NCBI GenBank assembly: GCA_964016885.1
Contig: OZ024742.1
Location: 144,212,001-144,276,000, forward strand
Direction: 5' to 3'
DNA from: Eledone cirrhosa
Taxonomy: Eukaryota
Length of the DNA: 64,000 nt
Below are positions 39,746 through 53,766 of this stretch, piece by piece (within the stretch, counting starts at the first letter, position 1; every line of letters begins with the position of its first letter). The notes under the pieces were generated by a model, which had not been told where the DNA came from, did not search any database, and saw only the letters and a program-made list of their open reading frames with translations. The position numbers and the translations under genes were made by a program.

Positions 39746-40278
39746 TTAACTATTTCATGATCATATCTCTAAAGAAATACACTGTTTATGTTTTAATTCA
39801 TTTTTAAAATAGTCAAGAATTTGGAGAAATTTAGTGAAGTGCTTAACTGAACAAAAGGTTCTTACATTGAAGTTTATTGCATTAAAGTCTAATAAAAATG
39901 TTTTAATTTAAGTATAAACAAGTTTTGTGTAATATAATCAGAGCTGGTTTCAAGTGGGTTGGAATCAAAGAGTTTAAACTAAGTCTACAAATTGACATTT
40001 TCTATCAACCATTTTTTATTAAGCAATTATAAGAAGTCATTTTCACCTTTTCATTACCATATTTCTAATAAAACTCACTGCCTGTGTTTTGCAATTAATT
40101 TTGAAAATAATTAAGAATTTGGAGTGATTTAGTAATATAACTAGGCCATTGCACTTCTGTTTCGAGCATTACTTGTGTTTGATAAAAGGTTTTTAGATAA
40201 TTATAAACATCTTAAAAGAAGCAATTTCATATTGTAGTACCAGGGGTAGTTTCAGGCGATTAGGCATCAAAAGGGTTA
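39746..40278. mobile_element. Two copies of a second, older TTAA-type MITE family (others near 3940-4160, 11320-11460, 11563-11800)
   Basis: Shared start TTAACC.TTT..TTAC.ATATTTCT...AAATACACTG and end ATCAAAAGGGTTAA. Confidence 0.55.
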
Positions 40279-40322
40279 AAAAAGCAAATAATGTTCAAAA
40301 TTCATATCACCCTACAGTTGCT

Positions 40323-40550
40323 CTAACCCTTTAATGTTCAAACCGGCCAAAACTGGCCAGAATTTTCTACCTCTTTCTGTTGAAACTGGCTGTAACTGGT
40401 TGCTCAAACTGATGTTATGGTATTGTTCTCAAAATAAATACTTTCAAAATCTCATAGATTCGATATTATGTGAGATAATTATGCGAGGTAAAGCCTTTAC
40501 CATGAAAATATAATAGTATATATAGAGTAATGTGAATGCTAAAGGGTTAA
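40323..40550. mobile_element. piggyBac-like MITE
   Basis: (C)TAA|CCCTTTA ... TAAAGGG|TTAA, colinear with 32969-33197. Confidence 0.8.
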
Positions 40551-41359
40551 ACAGATATAAACTTAGCCTTTCTTATTGAAATAATAATAATAATAATAAT
40601 AATAATTGTTTCATTTATTGACCAATAATAATAATAATTTCTAATTTGGGCACATGGCCAGTAATTTTTTGGGGGAAAGGGAAAGTTGATTATACCTCAG
40701 CAGTCTTTGAACTCAGAATGTAAAAAGCCAGAACAAATGATTGAATGCATTTTGCCTGACACTTTAACGACTCTAACAATTTTTTGCAATTTCACCATTT
40801 TATGTTATAGTTATAAAAGTATTGATGGCAGAGAGAGGAGAGACATACATGTACAGACAACTAATGATCTAATAAAAAATAAAACCTTGTTCCAAGCCTT
40901 GGAGATTAACTTTTCAGATATCCATAGGTTCATAAGACTATACTTAGATAATATAAAGAAATTATCTTCATCATCATCATTATTATTATTATTATAAAGT
41001 CAAATCTAAGAAATTCTTAAATAAAATAACAAGTGTCTTGGAGGAAGAAGCATCTTGGTAACAAATAGAAGCTACAAGCCAGCTAACCAACCAGACAACT
41101 AAACCAGCTAGCCATCCAGCCAACTAAACCAGCCAGCCTCAATTTTCAATTGAAGCTAAATTTCACAAACAGACATTTAATAATTTTGTGAAAAGCATAA
41201 ATGTCAAGCAATCTCCCATGACTATTTTATCAACCACCAGAAGGGTTTAAAAACAAAGATGACTCTGAAGAGATTTGAACTGTAAAAATTATTAATTAAA
41301 TACTGTAAATCCAGTGCTCAACTGTTTCTGCTAACCTAAAACCTTAAAGGAGACCTATA

Positions 41360-41540
41360 TATGGCCTTTCAACCTGCAAGAAATAGCAGCCAATTCTCCT
41401 CAAAATGACACTGTCCAATTTTAAAGATGAAAGGACATATCAGACATTGGAAATATAGCAAAAAAATGGGATGGTCACAATTGGAATGCCTTTGATCATA
41501 GATCTCATGAACAGATCTGACCTGAAGCTAAACAACATAG
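41360..41540. repeat. Dispersed repeat family C (AGAAATAGCAGCCAA...CTAAACAACA); others near 8500-8690, 12595-12760, 38660-38945, 49290-49475
   Basis: Recurring motif order in both orientations. Confidence 0.6.
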
Positions 41541-43959
41541 CATCATGAAAAACATAACAAGAAATATTTAAAAAATCCAATAAATTTAAATCATTGTTCA
41601 ATGTTAACAATAAAAGGAGATACAAAAAAATGAAAAGAATTTTGAATGAGTAAAATATCATTAAAAAACTAATTTAGAGTACATGACAGTGCTTTAATTT
41701 TTGTTTAGAAACACAATCAGGGCAATAATTTCTTCTTTGGGTAGTTTTTTTAAAAAAGGACTATTCTCCTAAATATTTTGTTAGTCATTTGACTACCATG
41801 GCAAAAATTTTAGTGTGCAGTAGAACTGATTTCAGGGATGAATAATTCATTAAACTAAAAGAAAGTGTTATCATAAAAAATAAATGAAAACACACACACA
41901 CATTATATATATATATAAATATATATATTATGAAACACTAAAAGAAGAAAAAGAAAATACTAATACTAAACACCCCTTCTACTTTCTCTTAAACATTGCT
42001 ACCCTCTTCTTTCTAAAAAAACAAAAACAAAAAAAAAAACACTGAAATTATTTCCACTATAATTGACAAATGTCTTGAATTCAGAAAGAATTTGTGATTT
42101 GATGTTTTAGTAATAGATCTTGCTTACTCTAGGGAAATGAAAGCTGCCTGTTCACCTGCAAGACATCTTTGCCTTTATTCAAACAAAACAATACAAAATA
42201 AATGAAAACCTATAAAGATTTTGAAGAGAAATCAAGAGAATGTAATGAATGTCATAGTCTGTCTTGGAATGAAAATATGCTACTATAGCATAGTTGCTAG
42301 TATGGTTTTATTGTTGAATCAAGAGTGCATATTACTGCTATAGATAATACAATGGAATGTTAGAAAAAAAAAAAAAAAACAGAGCAGGCAATATCAGACT
42401 AATGAAAGTTGGATAAGTAGAGTAAGAGCAATACAGATAATGTTTACATGTTTCAGAAAATGATACTTCAAGTACAGTAAGTACTTACAGACAATAGAGT
42501 TGGGGGATGTAGTTATTATTCTTCAGAATAAAACTTTATTTGGTGTTGGCGTTGGTATTGCTGTGAAGAGCAACAACCAACAAATGTACAGTCATTTGAC
42601 CAAGTGTTAGATCATTGGATAAAATGCCTTGCAGAGTTATTCCTGCTCCTTAGGGTTCATAAATAAAGTATCAATATAAGGCAGTGGCATTATAGAGCAT
42701 TGCAGTATTTGTTCTAGCTCTTTACCTTCTGGATTCAAATTCTGCTATGGCCAAGTTTAACACCACCTGTTTCTTAAATGGCTTTAGCAAAGTACACTCA
42801 ATTTTACAAGCATTCAAGCCAAGTCTCTGGTTTAAAAGGATGTACTCCTCACCACCACTCTTGGAGGCCATGAAATGGGCTATGGTCACTGCTTTTCCAC
42901 CTAACTAAACAAAAATATATATACCATCTTTAGTAGATATATTATGTAAAAAGCAAGACAATGGATATACTCCCTCTTTCAATTACCTGACAACTAAGCA
43001 GATAAGAGAAGAATTTGGGGATAGAACCAAAAATAAAACTTCATTGGAAACAGAGAAATAGTTTTGTTCTCAAGTTTTAACTAAAATCAAACCTTCTTAT
43101 AAATAAAATGGAATTAGTACTAATTCTTGATAATCTTAGTACAAATATTGCACTGCCATGTAGGTACAGATAAGGGAGGGCCTTTTGATTTTCTGATAAA
43201 AGAAAAACATAAAACATGAGTAATGGTTACCATTTTGTAGTAAATTACCTACTTTTGTAAGATGAAAAATTCTGACTACATCATCATCATCATCACTATT
43301 TAACATCCATTTTCCACACTATCATGGGTTAGACGAGTTGTCCCATTCTGAGACAAGTCAGACTAGGTGACCATGTCTTGCTCATACAAAACTGTTTTTT
43401 GCTTGGTTTCTATGGCTGGATGCCCTTCTTAATGCCAACTACATTTACAGTATGGACTGGGCATTTTTTATTATGGCACCAAAACGACCAACTGACAAGT
43501 TGTTTTGGGTATTTTTTCATTGTGTCACCTTACAAGGTGGACTGGTTGCTTTTTAGTATGTCATCAACACAACCACTTTACAGGGTGGACTAGCTTTTTG
43601 TTGTGTTATGAACACAACCACCTAACATGGTGGACTGGGTGCATTTTATCATGTCACCAACACAACCACTTTCCAGGGTGGACTGGGTGCTTTTTGTTGT
43701 GTCTTGTATATATATTTTTTTTTAATGTTTAATTAAGGAGGAAAGTGCTATGTGGATGACCCTTTTCAGAAGCTGTAGATTGGTAGAAGGGTAAGAGGAA
43801 AATATCCTTTGCTGTTCATCTTTACAAGGTTTGATAAAATAATGTACCAGTTAAATACTGGGATCGACATTATCACCTTTACTCTCCCCATAACTTGCTG
43901 GCAGTGCCAATGTTATAATTATTATTATTATCATCATCATTATTATTATTAGTAGTAGT

Positions 43960-44182
43960 AGATTGGCAGTATCGGTAGAGCGTCGGACAACATGCTTTGA
44001 TGCATAGAGTTACGGCCCTTTACGATCTGAGTTCAAATCCCGCCGAGGTTAACTTTGCCTTTCATCCTTACGGGGGTCGATAAAATAAAGTACCAGTCAC
44101 GCACTGGAGTCGATTTAATCGACTTTCCCCTCCCCCAAATTGCTGGCCTTGTGCCTATCTATATAAGAAACCATTATTATTA
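43960..44182 (+). mobile_element. SINE family A, young full-length copy
   Basis: CpG-rich, intact A/B boxes, (ATT)n flanks. Confidence 0.88.
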
Positions 44183-44621
44183 GTAGTAGAAACAGTTCAC
44201 CCTCCCACCATTTCTTTGTTATTAACAAATAATAAGACAAATTAATAGCAATTATATTTCAATGATGGATTCACCAAATGGTAAGCTTCTGTTTGTTACA
44301 AGGTGGAGAAAGAAATCAGTGATTAAATACCTTTTCCTACTGCTACCCCACTCACCACCACCAACACCATATAATTCGGTTAATACAGATCATAAAGATT
44401 AATTTATAGTTTACTTTATTTTTTGTTTTATTGGTTTTATTTTGATTACATTTTATAAATTACACACACACACACATGTGTATATGTATGTATATATGCA
44501 TGTATGTATATCATTTTTGTGTTCAAGAATATTTACCAGGATTCCTCTTTTTTTCTATATTTGCTGTCACTCACTCCTACCCAACTTTGCTCTGTATATC
44601 CCCCTCTCTCTCCCTCACCCG

Positions 44622-44677
<56 letters not shown>

Positions 44678-44749
44678 TACACACACAGCTTGCTAATATT
44701 TCACAGTTTTAATGAGGCAATCTTTTTTCAGACTCTTTTTTTTTTTAAT

Positions 44750-46170
44750 TGATTATTATTATCATCATCATTATTATTATTATCCCCACCACCACCACCA
44801 CCACCACCACCATCACCATCACAATCATTATCATCAAAATACTTCTCTCCTCTTTTATACAATAATCCTTGTAATCTGTACTAAGCTGGAAACTGGAAGT
44901 AAAATCATTAAGTTGCTGTTGTTTTTGTTAGTTAAGTTTCTTTAATTATTGTTGCCTCCACCATCATCAGATTCATCATCATCATCAATAGCATGTTTAT
45001 TTATTATCACCATCACCATCACCATCACATCCATTCATTCATCTTCATCACATTTACTTATCATCATCATCATCATCATCATGTCCACCCCATTCATCAT
45101 CATCATCATCATCATATACATCATTGGTCATCACCTCCACATTAATCATTATCACCACCACCACCACTTTCATCATCATAACAACCACCACCACCAATAT
45201 TAGTCATCATCAATACCAATACCACTTTTATCATCATCATCATCATCATCAATTCCTCCACCACTACTAGTCATCAACACCAGTACCACTTTTATCATCA
45301 TTACCACCACCACCACCACCAGTCATCACCACCACCACAAGTCATCATCAACACCAGTACCACTTTTATCACCATCACCACCACCACCACAAGTCATCAT
45401 CAACACCAGTACCACTTTTATCACCATCACCACCACCACCACCACCACAAGTCATCATCAACACCAGTACCACTTTTATCCCCATCACCACCACCACAAG
45501 TCATCATCAACACCAGTACCACTTTTATCACCATCACCACCACCACCACCACCACCAGTCATCACCACAAGTCATTATCAACACCAGTACCACTTTTATC
45601 ACCATCACCACCACCACCACCACCACAAGTCATCATCAACACCAGTACCACTTTTATCCCCATCACCACCACCACAAGTCATCATCAACACCAGTGCCAC
45701 TTTTATCACCACCACCACCACCACCACCACCACCAGTCATCACCACCACCACAAGTCATTATCAACACCAGTACCACTTTTATCACCATCACCACCACCA
45801 GCACCACCACAAGTCATCATCAACACCAGTACCACTTTTATCAGCATCACCACCACCACCACCACCACCACCACCACCACTAGTCATCATCAACACCAGT
45901 ACCAGTGTTATCATCATCATCCTACTGACCTCCTCCTCCTCCAGCACCACTACTACCACTACAACTACAGTGTTATCATCATCATCCTACTGACCTCCTC
46001 CTCCAGCACCACTACTACCACTACAGTGTTATCATCATCATCCTTCTGACCTCCTCCTCCAGCACCACTACTACCACTACAACTACAGTGTTATCATCAT
46101 CATCCTACTGACCTCCTCCTCCAGCACCACTACTACCACTACAACTACTACAGTGTTATCATCGTCATCG
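44750..46170. repeat. (CAT/CAC)n region containing two compound minisatellites (45200-45900; 45905-46170)
   Basis: Units AAGTCATCATCAACACCAGTACCACTTTTATC and CCTACTGACCTCCTCCTCCAGCACCACTAC. Confidence 0.85.
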
Positions 46171-46197
46171 TTTTATGGAGAAAAATATATTTGAAAA

Positions 46198-46237
<40 letters not shown>

Positions 46238-46422
46238 TATAAAAATCAGAAAATAATTGATTTGAAAGTTTATTGTTAGAGATTAGTGCTTTGATGGTGT
46301 GTAACAGTTGTTGTTGTTGTTGTTGTTGTTGAGTATAAAAAGTAGTTGCTGTGCACAGCAATCAGTGATACATACCTGAGAGAAATCAATAGAACCAACC
46401 TCTGTATGGATGGATGTGGCAA

Positions 46423-46434
46423 GGTATGTATGTA

Positions 46435-46471
<37 letters not shown>

Positions 46472-46515
46472 ATGTATGTATGTGTGTATGTATGGGATAT
46501 GTGTATGTATGTATG

Positions 46516-46548
<33 letters not shown>

Positions 46549-47405
46549 GTGTGCCTGTTTGTATGTATGTATGGGATATGTGTATGTATGTATGTAAGTG
46601 TGTATGTATGTGTGTGCCTGTGTGTATGTATGTGTGGGATATGTGTATGTATGTATGTATGTATGTGTGTATGTGTGTATGTGTGGGATATGTGTGTGTG
46701 TATGTATGTATGTATGTATGTGTGTGTGGGGGATATGTGTGCGCCTGTGTATGTATGTGTGTGTGTATATATGTATATGTGTATGTATGTATGTGGGATA
46801 TGTGTATGTATGTATGTGGGATGTGTGTGTGTATGTATGTGGGATATGTGTGTGCCTGTGTGTATGTATGTATATGGGATGTGTGTGCCTGGGTGTATGT
46901 ATGTATGTATGTGTGTGTGTGGGATATGTGTGTGCCTGTATGTATGTATGAGTGTGTGTGTATGTATGTAGGCATGTATGTGGCATATGTATGTCTGTAT
47001 ACATGTATGTGGCTTTGAATGTGTGTGTATGTGGCTTTGTATGTGTGTGTGTGTATATGTATGTATGTATGTGGCATATGTATGTCTGTATACATGTATG
47101 TGGCTTTGTATGTATGTATATGTGTGTATGTGGCTTTGTATGCATGTATGTATGTGGCTTTGTATGTGTGTATGCATGTGCTTTGTATGTGTGTATGCAT
47201 GTGCTTTGTATGCATGTATGTATGTGGCTTTGTATGTGTGTATGCATGTGCTTTGTATGTGTGTATGTAGGCAGGCATGTATGTGGCTTTTTTTGCGTGT
47301 ATGTATGTATGTGCTTTTGTATGTGTGTATGTATGTACGTGGCTTTCTATGTATGTATGTGTTTGTGTCTCTGTATGTATGTGTGCATGTTTTTCTATAT
47401 ATGTA
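46423..47405. repeat. (TATG)n/(TG)n low-complexity satellite
   Basis: Punctuated by GGGATATG, GTGCCTG and GGCTTTG. Confidence 0.9.
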
Positions 47406-47407
47406 TA

Positions 47408-47588
47408 ATTGTTTCTACTTTTGATACAAGACCAGCAATTATCCCAGTACATTACTGGTACTTTATTTTATCGACCCCGTAAGGATGAAAGGCAAAGTTA
47501 ACCTTGGCGGGATTAAGAATTCAGAACGTAAAGGGACGTAACTCTATGCTAGAAAGCATGGCGTCCGACCCTCTACCGATACTGCCAA
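47408..47588 (-). mobile_element. SINE family A
   Basis: Similarity to other family A copies. Confidence 0.82.
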
Positions 47589-47595
47589 AATGCTT

Positions 47596-47633
<38 letters not shown>

Positions 47634-47979
47634 GTTTCATATATGTGCATATCTGAATGTATGTGTGTCTGAATGTATGCCATCATCATCATCATCATTT
47701 AACGTCCATTTCCTTACTTGCAAGAATGTATTTGTATATATGTATGTATATGTGTATGTATATGTGTATGTATACGTGTTGCATGGTTATATGCGTATAT
47801 ATGTATATATGTATGTGTTCATATGAATGGAAGGATGTATGTGTGTATGTATGTATGTATGTATGTGTGTATGTATATATGTATGTGTATATGTATGTAT
47901 GTGTATGTACATTAACACCTAACTACAACCAGCAGGTAATAATACTGCCACCCCACCACTAGTCTTCATAGTAATAATA

Positions 47980-48975
47980 ATTGTTTCTACTTTTGGCACA
48001 AGGCCAGCAATCACCCAGTGTATTACTGGTACTTTATCTTATCGACCCCGTAAGGATGAAAGGCAAAGTTAACCTCGGCGGGATTTGAACTCAGATCATA
48101 AAGGGACGTAACTCTATGCTTCAAAGCATGGCGTCCGACTCTCTACCGATACTGCCAGATTTCTAGTATAGACACAAGGCCAGTATTTGGGGGAAGAAGA
48201 AAGTTGATCAAATTGACCCCAGTGCATTACTGGTACTTTATTCTATTGACCCCTTAAGGATGAAAGGCAAAGTTAACCTCGGCGGGATTTGAACTCAGAT
48301 CATAAAGGGACGTAACTCTATGCTTCAAAGCATGGCGTCCGACTCTCTACCGATACTGCCAGATTTCTAGTATAGACACAAGGCCAGTATTTGGGGGAAG
48401 AAGAAAGTTGATCAAATTGACCCCAGTGCATTACTGGTACTTTATTCTATTGACCCCTTAAGGATGAAAGGCAAAGTTAACCTCGGCGGGATTTGAACTC
48501 AGATCATAAAGGGACGTAACTCTATGCTTCAAAGCATGGCGTCCGACTCTCTACCGATACTGCCAGATTTCTAGTATAGACACAAGGCCAGTATTTGGGG
48601 GAAGAAGAAAGTTGATCAAATTGACCCCAGTGCATTACTGGTACTTTATTCTATTGACCCCTTAAGGATGAAAGGCAAAGTTAACCTTGGCGGGATTTGA
48701 ACTCAGACCGTAAAGGACCGTAACTCTATGCTACAAAGCATGGTGTCCAACTCTACTGATACTGCCAATCCACCGCCCTCAGTCTTCATAGTAATAATGG
48801 TTTCTTATATAGGCAAAGGCCATCAATTTTGGGGGAGGAGAAAGTCGATTAAAATGACCCCAGTACGTTACTGGTACTTTATTTATCGACCCCATAAGGA
48901 TAAAAGACAAAGCTAACCTCAGCAGAATTTGAACTTAGAACATAAAGAGCCATAACTCTATGCCACAAAGCATAA
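47980..48975 (-). mobile_element. Head-to-tail cluster of five SINE family A copies, including a 204-bp tandem triplication
   Basis: Near-identical units start at 48157, 48361 and 48565. Confidence 0.9.
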
Positions 48976-49989
48976 TAATGATAACAATAAGGATTTCTAA
49001 TTTTAGCGAAAGGCTGACAATTGGAGAAAGGGGAGATTAAATTTACCCAGTATTTTACTGGTACTTTTTTTAGTTTGACTCCGAAAAGAAGAAAAGCAAG
49101 GCACAAGGCTTATAATACTAATACCACTATCACATCTACTAATGTACTAATGCCACAGCAGTCACTAGTATTAAAGCAACCATTGAAATCATTAATACAA
49201 CTAACGTTACAATCTCTACTGACATTGCTACTACAACCTTCACCCATCACCATCACTAGCCTTACTACCACCAGCTTCCAATGCAGCCATCAAAACCTCT
49301 AGATGGTTGCTCGATTTGCTAGAAATAGCAGCCAATTCTCTCTCAAAAATCATCCTAGCATTTTAGAAAATGTGGTTCTGTCTTGGGTTTCCTTACATGT
49401 AAGATAAAGGCTGGGTGGTCATGGTTGAACTTGTTCTTTTCATTATCAGTGTAGACCTGGAGTTAAATAACAACAACACTATCATTAAGACCACCACCAC
49501 CACCATCAACACTTCTAGCTACTACTACAACCACCACCACCACTACTACTACTACTACACCCAACAATATTAACTAATAATCCCACAACCACTTTACCTT
49601 TAGTTATTACTACAATCATCAGTATTCCACCACTATCTACTACTACAATGACAACCACTGCCACCACCACCATCACCACTACTTCCACCACCATCACCAC
49701 CACCACCACACAAACATTATCACCTACGAAACACGCCTACTGCTTCACACCAGTATGTACTCATGTGAGATTCAATATACTTATTGATAAATATTGATAT
49801 ATATCTTATTTTGCAGATTTCAAATGTAGAGGTGAAATGTCCACGGGATGGGTAAAACTATCAGGCAATCTATCAGCTGTAAAATTCATATGTTGTTGCT
49901 GCTGGTGCCAGTAGTTTCCCCTGTCCCTTGTTAATACACTTAATTCTATATGACTCAGTAAAACAACAGAATCATAGAAAGGTATAAAC

Positions 49990-50350
49990 TGTTATTTTTC
50001 TTATGGCTTACATCTTGTAGGTTTAACAGAGCTTTCTATGAAGCTGCATCTTGTAGGAGGTCTCTTATGCCCCCCCCCCCCCAGTTCTCACATCCCTATT
50101 GTTATGGTTCACATCTTGTAGGTTTAACAGAGCTTTCTATGAGGTTACATCTTGTAGGAGGTCTCCTATGGACTCCCAGATCTCTCACATCACCATTTTT
50201 GTTATGGCTCAAATCTTGTAGGTTTAATATGGCTTTCTATGAGGTTACATCTTGTAGGAGGTCTCTTATGGACTCCCAGATCTCTCACATCACCATTTTT
50301 GTTATGGGTCACATCTTGTAGGTTTAATATGGCTTTCTATGAGGTTGCAT
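49990..50350. repeat. 100-bp tandem repeat, ~3.5 units
   Basis: ACATCTTGTAGGTTTAA at about 50010, 50111, 50211 and 50311. Confidence 0.9.
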
Positions 50351-50866
50351 TCATTGAGATGTGCATGAGTGGAGCAGCCTATCATCTGAGAAGCATATAA
50401 TTAGCAGTGCCACTGTTTTGTGTTTGTTCTATTGTACAGCCTGGGTTCTAATCTTTTGAATTACTACCTGTTGTAGATGATGTTTTAGGTTGTGTCACTT
50501 ATGCACCTCCTGGAAAGGTGTAAAATAGTCAGCTGAAAATGTGAACGTGCATGATCAAGTCAGATCTTGAGCTAATATTTGCTCCTCACAAATATCATGC
50601 TCACTTTTGGAATTATGAAGTGGCTGTGTTGGACATCTATAATCGCTATGCATGGGTAGCTTCTTTTTGCAATGGTGTGGATTCATTGTTTGGAGCCAGC
50701 TCATCCCATTCTGTGTGAATGCCAGCACAAGTACAAGTTGATATAAGTAGCATTGGCAACTACAGTTATCAATGTTGGCAACTGCAACCATCTTTAGATA
50801 TTGTTTTTTCATAGATCTTTGAACCCAAATTTATTGCTTTAGATTCTGGCACAAAAAATTCCAAAG

Positions 50867-50916
<50 letters not shown>

Positions 50917-50983
50917 CTGTATTTCTTTAGAAATACAAAATTCCAATACATATCTGTATACAGCTATGCTCAAAGCTAAATTC

Positions 50984-51047
<64 letters not shown>

Positions 51048-52309
51048 AGTAAAATCCTTTTTAGCAAGCTTCTAATTTTACACTTGACATATAATACAAT
51101 GCCTTCCTTAAGTTTAAGGCATTGAAAAATTTCTTATGGTGATGATGATATATAAAGAGAGAGAGAAAAACATTTTTCAATGCCTGGAGTTTTTCAATGC
51201 CAGGAGTCTTTTTATATGTCGAGTATGAAATTAGAAACTTGCTAAAAAAATTTATTCCTTCATATCTAAGGTTAAAACTGCATGCTCAGCAAAGAAGACA
51301 AACTCAAATTTTTGCAGTGATTTTCCTAAAAAGATTCAGTTAGCTATAGTGTTGAGAAAATTATAAATAATTCTTTCAAGAATTCATGCTTCTGGCTTTT
51401 CCTTTGGCAATGGTACAAAAAAAAAAAAAAAAAAAAATACATACACACATAAATTTATATATTTGATTCATGGAAATCAGATACAATCCAGCAGATAAAA
51501 TTATCAGAAAACAGTATTATGTGTCTGTATGCCAGTGTGCATGTGTGTTAATGTGTATATCTTACTACAGACACATATGAGCCAAAAAGATGAACCCTTT
51601 ACTCACTAGCTTAACCTATTAGAAATAACAACAAAATATCCCTCAAATGACAGCCTACTGTCATAATAGAAATAATAAAATAATTATAGTGGTAGAATAT
51701 AAGATACTTTTGGCCAAACCTCTGATGGTTCAGGGTTGCCCTGAAGCCATGAAAAACATGTAAAAGCATACGCATATACATAATCATCATCGTTATCATT
51801 TTCACATCCACTTTTCTATGCTGGAATAAGTTGCGACAATGCTTTACAGCCAGATGATGACGCCTCTTACAAGATGTGGAGATACAGTTTATCTATTCTA
51901 AAAAACTGGGATGCACATTAGTATAGTCAAAGTACAACAATATATTTATTATAAGTACATGTTTAATGAAATTATATCTGGAAAGGTCGTTTAGAATTGA
52001 ATGTTTCAGCAAGACATACTATTTAATGACATGCCGGGCTAGTATATGTCAGAAGCACTAAAAGATTTAATTGCCTGAGATTTTCATCAAATGATTAGTG
52101 GGGATTAGTAAGATAGAAAGAAGGAAGAATTAATATATAAGTAAGTGTATAAGAGAACCGGAGTAATATCTGTGAACAATAGACATACACATACATAGAC
52201 AAACATCATCATCATCATCGTTTAATGTCTATCTTCCACGCTAGCATGGGTAAAACGAGTTGACCCTTAGGGAGAGAATCCGGTCAGAGGACCATGTTTA
52301 GCTATATAC

Positions 52310-53408
52310 TTACACCTCTCTAAGACAATGTCACTGGATCAAGATCTTTGGCGCTATGCAGTTGTACAGAAGACCCACCTTCCCTCCTTGCATACGAACT
52401 TAAACCTACAGTCAGTAGGCACCTCTTCACCCAATATAGACCCCACCCTACACACCCTACTCCAAGTGGTCGTGTCAGTGACACAACAAAAAGCACCCAG
52501 TCCACTCTGTAAAGTAGTCGTGAAGGAGACACAGTAAAAAGGCTCCCAGTCCACACTGTAAAGTAGTCGTGAAGGAGACACAGTAAAAAGGCTCCCAGTC
52601 CACACTGTAAAGTAGTCGTGAAGGAGACACAGTAAAAAGGCTCCCAGTCCACACTGTAAAGTAGTCGTGAAGGAGACACAGTAAAAAGGCTCCCAGTCCA
52701 CACTGTAAAGTAGTCGTGAAGGAGACACAGTAAAAAGGCTCCCAGTCCACACTGTAAAGTAGTCGTGAAGGAGACACAGTAAAAAGGCTCCCAGTCCACA
52801 CTGTAAAGTAGTCGTGAAGGAGACACAGTAAAAAGGCACCCAGTCCACACTGTAAAGTAGTCGTGAAGGAGACACAGTAAAAAGGCTCCCAGTCCACACT
52901 GTAAAGTAGTCGTGAAGGAGACACAGTAAAAAGGCTCCCAGTCCACACTGTAAAGTAGTCGTGAAGGAGACACAGTAAAAAGGCTCCCAGTCCACACTGT
53001 AAAGTAGTCGTGAAGGAGACACAGTAAAAAGGCACCCAGTCCACACTGTAAAGTAGTCGTGAAGGAGACACAGTAAAAAGGCTCCCAGTCCACACTGTAA
53101 AGTAGTCGTGAAGGAGACACAGTAAAAAGGCACCCAGTCCACACTGTAAAGTAGTCGTGAAGGAGACACAGTAAAAAGGCTCCCAGTCCACACTGTAAAG
53201 TAGTCGTGAAGGAGACACAGTAAAAAGGCTCCCAGTCCACACTGTAAATGTGGTTGGTGTTCGGAAGGGCATCCAGCCGTAGAAAACCTGCCAGGGACAG
53301 TTCTGTACAAGCGAGACATGGTCTCCTGACCAATCACGCTTCAAGTGGAACAAAACCGTTAAACCCATGCTAGTGTGGAAGATGGACGTTAAACAATGAT
53401 GATGATGA
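52310..53408 (+). mobile_element. RTE-type LINE 3' end hosting the 49-bp array
   Basis: LSKTMSLDQDLWRYAVVQKTH resembles the end of the 22 kb RTE (WCYAVLMKTH); terminates in (ATG)n. Confidence 0.65.
52487..53248. repeat. 49-bp minisatellite, ~15.5 units, expanded inside a retroposon 3' region
   Basis: Unit AAAAAGGCTCCCAGTCCACACTGTAAAGTAGTCGTGAAGGAGACACAGT. Followed by the GGAAGGGCATCCAGC...(ATG)n tail shared with SINE family B. Confidence 0.95.
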
Positions 53409-53766
53409 CACATACATATGTTTGGTAGAAATCATTCATAGAGAAGGTCTGAAAAAATAGCTAATGCACTCTGGGCCCTCACTGAGCAATAGACACACAT
53501 ATACACATGCAAATACATATATGTATATACATATGTTTGGTAGCAAACAATCACAGTGTACTCTCACTGGGAAAATATGTGTCCAAGGACTGATCCACTC
53601 AAAATAACAGCACATACATACTAATTAATAGCCCCATCAGCAATGCAGGCATGTGTCTGTGGCTGTACGTAGTGTACAAGGTAACATACCACTGTCGGAA
53701 AATTACACAAACATATAAAAGAGCACATCCACTAGAGCAGTTTGTGTGATTATATATATAAATATA

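Noticed and set aside
43960-44050. tRNA genes at A/B-box sites
   Set aside because: No cloverleaf; these are heads of multi-copy SINEs.
46276-47482. His/Thr/Tyr- and Cys/Val/Met-rich ORFs
   Set aside because: Translations of (TATG)n/(TG)n microsatellite.
52320-53413. Three overlapping 312-337-aa ORFs
   Set aside because: The same 49-aa cycle appears in all frames and comes from a 49-bp repeat within a retroposon.
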